Assembly: GCA_030652805.1 (NCBI GenBank)
Contig: JAUSPT010000032.1
Location: 109,992-173,991 of the forward strand
Origin: a bacterium
Lineage (GTDB): Bacteria; JAHJDO01
Reading direction: 5' to 3'
DNA length: 64,000 nucleotides
The position numbers and the translations under genes were made by a program. Positions 58,629 through 64,000 of this stretch are shown piece after piece (positions within the stretch are counted from its first letter, which is position 1; each line of letters starts with the position of its first letter). The notes beneath the pieces are model-generated. The model searched no databases. It worked only from the letters and a program-made list of their open reading frames with translations, and had not been told where the DNA came from.

Positions 58629-59426
58629 TTAATTTAAAATTTTTAACGCTTCCTCTACAGAGACATCTTCATGCACAATCTTGCATATTGCCTCAACCAT
58701 CTTTTTAGGATGCTTATGCTGAAATGCATTTCTTCCAATAGAAACCCCTGCCCCGCCTGCTTCCAGCGAGTTTTTAACATTTTCAAGCACTTCGCTGTCA
58801 TTAGACGCCTTTTCTCCTCCGGCAATAACTACTGGTATTGGACATCCTTCAACAACCTCGGAAAAAGTCTCCTTTGATCCTGTGTATGTAACCTTAACAA
58901 TATCTGCGCCTAATTCTGCTGCAATCCTTGCTGCATGTTTAACTCCTTCAACCTCTGATTCACTCTTGAACTTCTTCCCACGTATATACATCATTGCAAG
59001 AAGAGGCATTCCCCAGTTCATACATGCAACACTGACCATGCCAAGATCCCTTAGCATCTCTGCCTCGTTCTCAGCACCAATATTTATATGAACAGATACT
59101 CCATCAGCGCCCATTTTCAGAGCATTTTCAACTGTGTTTACCAATACCTTTGCATTTGGGTCAGGACTCCAGAGAGTACTACCAGAAAGATGCAAAATTA
59201 ATCCTATGTCTTTACCATGTCTTCTGTGACCATGCTTGGGAAGACCAACATGTCCTAAAACTGCATTTGCACCGCCTTCAGCAATGTCATTTACCATATC
59301 CCGCATATTCACAATTCCCTTGATCGGCCCTACAGTTACACCATGGTCCATTGGCACAATAACAGTTCTTCCAGTATTTCTATTAATTATCCTCTCCAAA
59401 CGTATACTCTTTCCTAATCTGGACAT
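58629..59426 (-). CDS. DhnA-type class I aldolase; likely 2-amino-3,7-dideoxy-D-threo-hept-6-ulosonate (ADH) synthase AroA'
   Basis: 265 aa; DhnA-family pattern (…[15 protein letters not shown]…, Schiff-base Lys region). The adjacent DHQS-II gene supports the ADH-synthase role. Confidence 0.6.
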   Translation of the reverse strand: MSRLGKSIRLERIINRNTGRTVIVPMDHGVTVGPIKGIVNMRDMVNDIAEGGANAVLGHVGLPKHGHRRHGKDIGLILHLSGSTLWSPDPNAKVLVNTVENALKMGADGVSVHINIGAENEAEMLRDLGMVSVACMNWGMPLLAMMYIRGKKFKSESEVEGVKHAARIAAELGADIVKVTYTGSKETFSEVVEGCPIPVVIAGGEKASNDSEVLENVKNSLEAGGAGVSIGRNAFQHKHPKKMVEAICKIVHEDVSVEEALKILN

Positions 59427-59502
59427 ATTGCAGTCTCCTTTATACAGATTCCCTAATTAAACTATTAAATCGGTGGTATGATATTAAATTTTATGTGCTG
59501 TG

Positions 59503-60441
59503 TCAAATTTCTCGCAATCCTGCTAATCTGAGAATGTTATGACAAATCAAGTCAATTTCTCTATCTGTACTGCTTATTTCTATCCACTTAGTCCTTGAAT
59601 CCTTCTTGAACCAAGTCATCTGTCTTTTTGCAAAATGACGGGTATTTTTCTTGAGGAGTGCTTTTGCTTCATCAAGACCATAATGTCCATTTATGTATCC
59701 CAAAACTTCCCTATATCCTAAACTCTGCATAGGCAAAAGGTCTTCGTCATATCCTTTTTTTATGAGCCGTCTAACCTCTCTCGTAAGCCCTTTTTTGAAC
59801 ATAAAATCCACTCTGCTCTCAATTCTCCTATAAAGATTTTTGCGTTCTGCCTTAAGCCCTATTATGCGATATTGACAATCTATGGACTCGGCTTTAGTTT
59901 TACTCTGAAGACTTGAAATAGTCTCTCCTGTTGATAAAAAAACTTCCAGAGCTCTGATTATTCTTCTCCAATCATTTGGATGAATCCTTGCTGCAGCTAT
60001 AGGATCAACTTTTTTAAGCTTTCCATACATATAACGAGAACCCTTATTAGCCAGCTGAGCTCTTACTCTTTTTTTAATAGTCTCTTTGACCATAGGTTCA
60101 GAGAAAAGACCGTCAATTACCGCTCTTATATATAAACCTGAACCCCCGACAAGTATCGGAGTTTTGCCTGAGTTAATAATTCTATTTATTTTGTCTCTTG
60201 CCATTTTCGCATATTCCCCTGCACTGAAATATTGATCAGGATAAATAATATCTATCATGTGATGAGGAACTGCTCTTCTCTCTTCTCTTGACGGTTTTGC
60301 TGTTCCAATATTCATGTATTTATATACTTGCATGGAATCTGCTGATACAATTTCTGAAGGGAAGAATGCAGAAAGGCTTACAGCAATTTTACTTTTGCCT
60401 ATACCTGTAGGGCCTACAAGGACTATAACGGAGGAATTCAT
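59503..60441 (-). CDS. miaA: tRNA dimethylallyltransferase
   Basis: P-loop VLVGPTGIGKSKIAVSL and IPT-family core. Confidence 0.9.
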   Translation of the reverse strand: MNSSVIVLVGPTGIGKSKIAVSLSAFFPSEIVSADSMQVYKYMNIGTAKPSREERRAVPHHMIDIIYPDQYFSAGEYAKMARDKINRIINSGKTPILVGGSGLYIRAVIDGLFSEPMVKETIKKRVRAQLANKGSRYMYGKLKKVDPIAAARIHPNDWRRIIRALEVFLSTGETISSLQSKTKAESIDCQYRIIGLKAERKNLYRRIESRVDFMFKKGLTREVRRLIKKGYDEDLLPMQSLGYREVLGYINGHYGLDEAKALLKKNTRHFAKRQMTWFKKDSRTKWIEISSTDREIDLICHNILRLAGLREI

Positions 60442-60644
60442 CTATTCTTTGACTTTGTCTCAGAGTTTCCTTCTTGCTCAATTGCAAGCATAAATTTATC
60501 TACATCCTCATATTTAAACACAATGCAATTGTCTAGGCGATAGGCTTTCAGCTTTTGCTCAGTAATAAGTTTCAGCATCTCTTCTCTACTAAACTTTAAC
60601 ATTCGCTGAACTTGTTTTCTTGTTAGATACCTATCTTCGATCAT
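60438..60644 (-). CDS. small DNA-binding-like protein (HTH_17-like), hypothetical
   Basis: 68 aa; LTRKQVQRMLKFSREEMLKLITEQKLKAYRL resembles an excisionase-type HTH; start overlaps miaA. Confidence 0.3.
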   Translation of the reverse strand: MIEDRYLTRKQVQRMLKFSREEMLKLITEQKLKAYRLDNCIVFKYEDVDKFMLAIEQEGNSETKSKNR

Positions 60645-61442
60645 CTACATGCCCTTTTTTATATCTAAAACCAATTCTTCTACGCTCTGGTACCTTTTTG
60701 CAGGATCAACATTAAGAGTTCTTAGAATAATATTCTCAAGATCCTTAGACATCTCTTGATTATGAAATCGAGGGGATTTAACAAGCATATTCACTTGCTG
60801 AGTAACAATTTCATCGAATGAATTTCCTTCAAATGGTCTCCTGCCTGTTATAAGTTCATACATAACAACACCAAGAGAGTAAATATCAGATCTTTCATCT
60901 CCTCTATAGCCTTTTATTTGTTCAGGCGACATATAATGTGGAGTACCAGCCCGTTCTCTAATCCTTACATTAGATTTATTCTTTTCATAAGCTAAACCAA
61001 AATCTATTATTTTTACATCCATGTCTCTTGTCAAAATCATATTTCTGCTTTTTATGTCCTGATGGATAATGCCCCTTTTGTGAATATATTCAAGTGTCTC
61101 GCATACATTCAAAATTATATCAATATAGTTTTTTAACAGAGTATGATGCCTACTTATCAGCTCCCTGAGATTGTGTCCATCAAAATATTCTAATACAATA
61201 TAACAAATATCATCTTCTCTGTTAGAATTATACACCTCAGGAATATTTTTATGATTTAATTTCTGCATTATCTCGGCTTCATAAAAAAATCTATTGATAT
61301 GCTTCTTTTCAGTATCCGGTTTTATTCGCAGCACCTTGATGGCTACCTTTCTCTTGTCTCTAATCCCCAAATAAACATCAGTAAGACTAGTAGAAGAAAG
61401 ACGTTTGCTTATTTTGTATTCTGATATGTACGTGCCAATCAT
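60645..61442 (-). CDS. Ser/Thr protein kinase (soluble, kinase domain only)
   Basis: 265 aa; HQDIKSRNMIL, DFGLA and TPHYMSPE motifs. Confidence 0.8.
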   Translation of the reverse strand: MIGTYISEYKISKRLSSTSLTDVYLGIRDKRKVAIKVLRIKPDTEKKHINRFFYEAEIMQKLNHKNIPEVYNSNREDDICYIVLEYFDGHNLRELISRHHTLLKNYIDIILNVCETLEYIHKRGIIHQDIKSRNMILTRDMDVKIIDFGLAYEKNKSNVRIRERAGTPHYMSPEQIKGYRGDERSDIYSLGVVMYELITGRRPFEGNSFDEIVTQQVNMLVKSPRFHNQEMSKDLENIILRTLNVDPAKRYQSVEELVLDIKKGM

Positions 61443-61445
61443 AAT

Positions 61446-61916
61446 TTATAACTGTTGTTGTATTTTTTTTATTATATCGGTTGTTGAATGGTTTTTCTTA
61501 TCTCCAGTTATTGCAATCTGTCCACCATAGGAAAGAACAATATCTCGTTCTGGAACAGTCTCAGCTGTATAATCTGTTCCTTTTGCATGTATTGCTGGTT
61601 TTATAATCTTTAACAAATTTTCTACAGTAAGGTCTGAAAAAAGCACTACATAATTCACGCATTCTAAAGCTGCTACAATCTCTATTCTATCTTCCTCCTG
61701 CATAATTGGTCTGCCATGCCCTTTCAATTGTGATTCAGATTCATCATCATTGATCCCTACAATTAATATATCGCCCAAAGACTTTGCTTGCTCAAGATAT
61801 CTGGTATGCCCTACATGCAGAATATCAAAACAGCCGTTTGCAAAAACTATTTTTTTGTTATCTTTTTTAAGTTCTTTTACCAGATTAGGAAGGTTATTTA
61901 GACTATAAACCTTCAT
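61446..61916 (-). CDS. hldC: D-glycero-beta-D-manno-heptose-1-phosphate adenylyltransferase (RfaE domain II, stand-alone)
   Basis: Cytidylyltransferase motif FANGCFDILHVGH. Confidence 0.75.
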   Translation of the reverse strand: MKVYSLNNLPNLVKELKKDNKKIVFANGCFDILHVGHTRYLEQAKSLGDILIVGINDDESESQLKGHGRPIMQEEDRIEIVAALECVNYVVLFSDLTVENLLKIIKPAIHAKGTDYTAETVPERDIVLSYGGQIAITGDKKNHSTTDIIKKIQQQL

Positions 61917-62911
61917 GATTTTTTTGCGTATTTTACAACATCAATCAACTCTTTTTGTGTGGCTGTAGCTGCACCTGTTTTCATAACAACAATACTGCCC
62001 GCATAGTTTGCCAGTCTTGCAGCCTCAATTGCGCTTGCTCCTGCTGAAAGAGCCAGAGTTACTACGGCAGAAACCGTATCCCCTGCACCAGTAACATCAA
62101 CCACGTCTGTACTTCCGTGTATTGGTATAAATGTACTTTTACTGTGTTTGTCTAATACCATCATGCCTTTACTGCCGCGCGTTATGATTGTATTCTCGCA
62201 CTCTATCTCGGATTTAAGCCTCTCTGCTATGCTGCACAGGGATTTTTCTCCATTAATGCTGCAATGAAAAACATCTTCAACCTCTGTCTCATTCGGTGTT
62301 ACTGCTGTTGCATACTTATAGTTGAGTAATCCATACCTGGAATCAACAACCAGAACAAGTTTCTTCTCCTTTGCATACTTAGATATTGCAGAATACACCG
62401 CTTTTGAGATAGTCTTGTATCCATAATCTGAAATAAGTACAGCATCCATAGTATCTAGCACTTCGTCAAGATAAGTAAGCATTTTTGTTTCGCTAATTGA
62501 ACTTATGCGAAAATTCTTTTCTTTATCTATTCGTATGACCTGCTGCTTTGCTGTATGGTAACTACCTGCCATAATCCGTGTTTTTGTAATTGTTGAACAG
62601 GATTTATCAATAATAATTCCGTCTGTGTCCACCCTCATTTTCCCGAGAAAGGAAACAACCTCTTTCCCAGCATTATCATTCCCTATCACACCAACGGGAT
62701 ATACTCTTGCACCTAACGCTTTTAGGTTTGATATCGCATTTGCTGCTCCTCCCACCTTGAACATGTTTGAATCAAACTTTAAAATCAATACAGGTGCTTC
62801 CCTTGATATGCGAGAGACCTCCCCATATACATATTCGTCACATATCATATCCCCAATGCTAAGCACTCTTTTACCGCTGAACTCTTTAGTAATACCTGCT
62901 AAATCACTCAT
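61913..62911 (-). CDS. hldA: D-glycero-beta-D-manno-heptose-7-phosphate kinase (RfaE domain I, PfkB family)
   Basis: PfkB ribokinase-like fold; DVTGAGDT motif. Confidence 0.75.
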   Translation of the reverse strand: MSDLAGITKEFSGKRVLSIGDMICDEYVYGEVSRISREAPVLILKFDSNMFKVGGAANAISNLKALGARVYPVGVIGNDNAGKEVVSFLGKMRVDTDGIIIDKSCSTITKTRIMAGSYHTAKQQVIRIDKEKNFRISSISETKMLTYLDEVLDTMDAVLISDYGYKTISKAVYSAISKYAKEKKLVLVVDSRYGLLNYKYATAVTPNETEVEDVFHCSINGEKSLCSIAERLKSEIECENTIITRGSKGMMVLDKHSKSTFIPIHGSTDVVDVTGAGDTVSAVVTLALSAGASAIEAARLANYAGSIVVMKTGAATATQKELIDVVKYAKKS

Positions 62912-63485
62912 TTTTTTCTCTGTTTATATTTCTTATTATCCATTTTACAGCATCATATAAATTTTCTGCAATATGGGCAGGCACAATACCCGCCTTCCTT
63001 AGCTTATTTTGCTCTAGTTTTCCATAACCTGTTCTAACCAGTATTCCCATTGCAGATATATTATGGGCAACTTTAATATCTGTTAATTTATCTCCTATAA
63101 TATAACATTTATTGAGTTTTAAATCAAAATCCTTTGCAGCCAGTTTGAACATCCCCTTTTTAGGTTTTCTACAAGAGCATTCCTCATCAGGATGGTGTGG
63201 GCAATAGTATATTGCGTCTATATAAGCACCATTCCTACGCAATCTTCTCTTTAATTCATTATGCACATTATCTAAATCGTCTATAGAGAATAGACCTCGG
63301 CCAATGCCTGACTGGTTGGTAACAATAATAACTTTAATCTTATTCTGATTTAAAAATCTGATAGCCTTTGCAGCATCTCTGATGAGTCTTAAATCCTTCA
63401 CACTCTTTAAATAATCAACCTCTGTATTAATTGTCCCATCTCTATCTAAAAAAACTGCTCTATGTGGATATATATTGTCAGTCAC
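62904..63485 (-). CDS. gmhB: D,D-heptose 1,7-bisphosphate phosphatase
   Basis: HAD motif FLDRDGTIN; Zn-finger-like CPHHPDEECSCRKP typical of GmhB. Confidence 0.8.
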   Translation of the reverse strand: MTDNIYPHRAVFLDRDGTINTEVDYLKSVKDLRLIRDAAKAIRFLNQNKIKVIIVTNQSGIGRGLFSIDDLDNVHNELKRRLRRNGAYIDAIYYCPHHPDEECSCRKPKKGMFKLAAKDFDLKLNKCYIIGDKLTDIKVAHNISAMGILVRTGYGKLEQNKLRKAGIVPAHIAENLYDAVKWIIRNINREKNE

Positions 63486-63496
63486 CTAAATCATCC

Positions 63497-63766
63497 CTAA
63501 AATCTAATTTCAAATTCTTTATATTCTTCTGTTGCAGGCTCCCAATGCTTTTCAACATTCCTTATATAATCACGAAGACTGCTGCATATAGAGTCTATGA
63601 AGCTTTCAACGACTTCTCTATCGCCTTCTGCCACTACTTCTACCCGCCCGTTTGGAAGATTTTTGACAAAACCTGTAACTTCATACTGCTCGGCAATTCT
63701 TCTTGCAGTAAATCTAAATCCTACTCCCTGAACTGTCCCTGAAAAATTTGCATGCAAGCGTATCAC
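63497..63766 (-). CDS. acyP: acylphosphatase
   Basis: 89 aa; VQGVGFRFT and GFVKNLPNGRVEVVAEG signatures. Confidence 0.8.
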   Translation of the reverse strand: MIRLHANFSGTVQGVGFRFTARRIAEQYEVTGFVKNLPNGRVEVVAEGDREVVESFIDSICSSLRDYIRNVEKHWEPATEEYKEFEIRF

Positions 63767-64000
63767 CCCTTTATTACTCCCAATGGTCTGAGCTTAATAA
63801 TAACCTCAACCAAATCACTCTGACTTTCAATAACTGCATCAATATCCTTATATGCCTGCGGTGCTTCGCTCAAATCAATATTGCCCCTTCTGTCTTTGCT
63901 CCACTGAGCGTAAACAATACCATGCATAGCCTTATTGCATTCTTCAACAGAGCAGATTTTATTAAACTTTGTCCTGCTCATACACCGACCTGCTCCATGC
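63763..64000 (-). CDS. hypothetical protein, possibly 5'-truncated by window end
   Basis: ORF remains open upstream of the ATG at 63981, right to the window edge; no recognisable motif. Confidence 0.25.
   Translation of the reverse strand, partial: HGAGRCMSRTKFNKICSVEECNKAMHGIVYAQWSKDRRGNIDLSEAPQAYKDIDAVIESQSDLVEVIIKLRPLGVIKG

Noticed and set aside
1-64000. CRISPR arrays, rRNA and tRNA genes
   Set aside because: No regularly spaced direct repeats and no cloverleaf-compatible intergenic segments were found. The intergenic gaps are short except at 16182-16486, 22976-23229, 50620-50858 and 52503-52777, which are accounted for above.

Overview
This is an AT-rich bacterial chromosomal window of roughly 36-38% GC by eye, with three clearly GC-richer genes. 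It is densely coded, mostly on the minus strand, and accessory in character. Six blocks are recognisable.

(1) 1-7741: a small-molecule or sugar-modifying gene set (partial SDR, an alkaline-phosphatase/sulfatase-family protein without the C-x-P-x-R motif, a URO-D-family protein, a 574-aa unknown, a DegT aminotransferase, an HpcH aldolase and an aldo/keto reductase). hisC and hisD follow.

(2) 10104-22975: a T2SS-like / type IVa pilus-like operon. Gene order: MerR-like HTH, ExeA-like ATPase, unknown, secretin, GspE/PilB ATPase, GspF/PilC, pseudopilins G/H/I/J/K, a PilM-PilN fusion (GspL-like) and a PilO/GspM-like protein. It is interrupted by an IS110-family insertion sequence (15040-16480, transposase on the plus strand). 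The major pseudopilin gene has no canonical start codon, and the IS carries a structured 3' non-coding region.

(3) 23230-26180: a small defence islet. A DpnA-like beta-class GATC N6-adenine methyltransferase sits beside a MutH/Sau3AI-family endonuclease and a 466-aa protein with a HEPN-like Rx4H motif.

(4) 26312-42147: a complete Tad/Flp pilus locus with a phospho-signalling module built in. It has two tandem Flp pilins, TadV, TadE/F/G-like proteins, CpaB, CpaC, TadB and TadC. The CpaF/TadA ATPase carries an N-terminal FHA domain. The locus also holds two further FHA proteins, a transmembrane Ser/Thr kinase with NHL repeats and a PP2C phosphatase.

(5) 42199-50619: a specialised lipid or type-II-PKS-like biosynthetic cluster. 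It encodes an acyl-AMP ligase, a GC-rich FAD oxidoreductase, a condensation-domain-like acyltransferase, two ACPs, a KS plus CLF-like pair, a PagL-like outer-membrane deacylase and an LpxL-like acyltransferase.

(6) 50859-64000: housekeeping and accessory genes. These are a GC-rich hcp (hybrid cluster protein), a GC-richer CrtI-like oxidoreductase and a nucleotidyltransferase with an overlapping small ORF. Two small HTH_17 proteins, a patatin-like phospholipase and a LysM lipoprotein follow. Then come an archaeal-type ADH synthase plus DHQ synthase II pair, miaA, a small Ser/Thr kinase, split heptose-pathway genes (hldC, hldA, gmhB) and an acylphosphatase.

No rRNA genes, tRNA genes or CRISPR arrays were seen.
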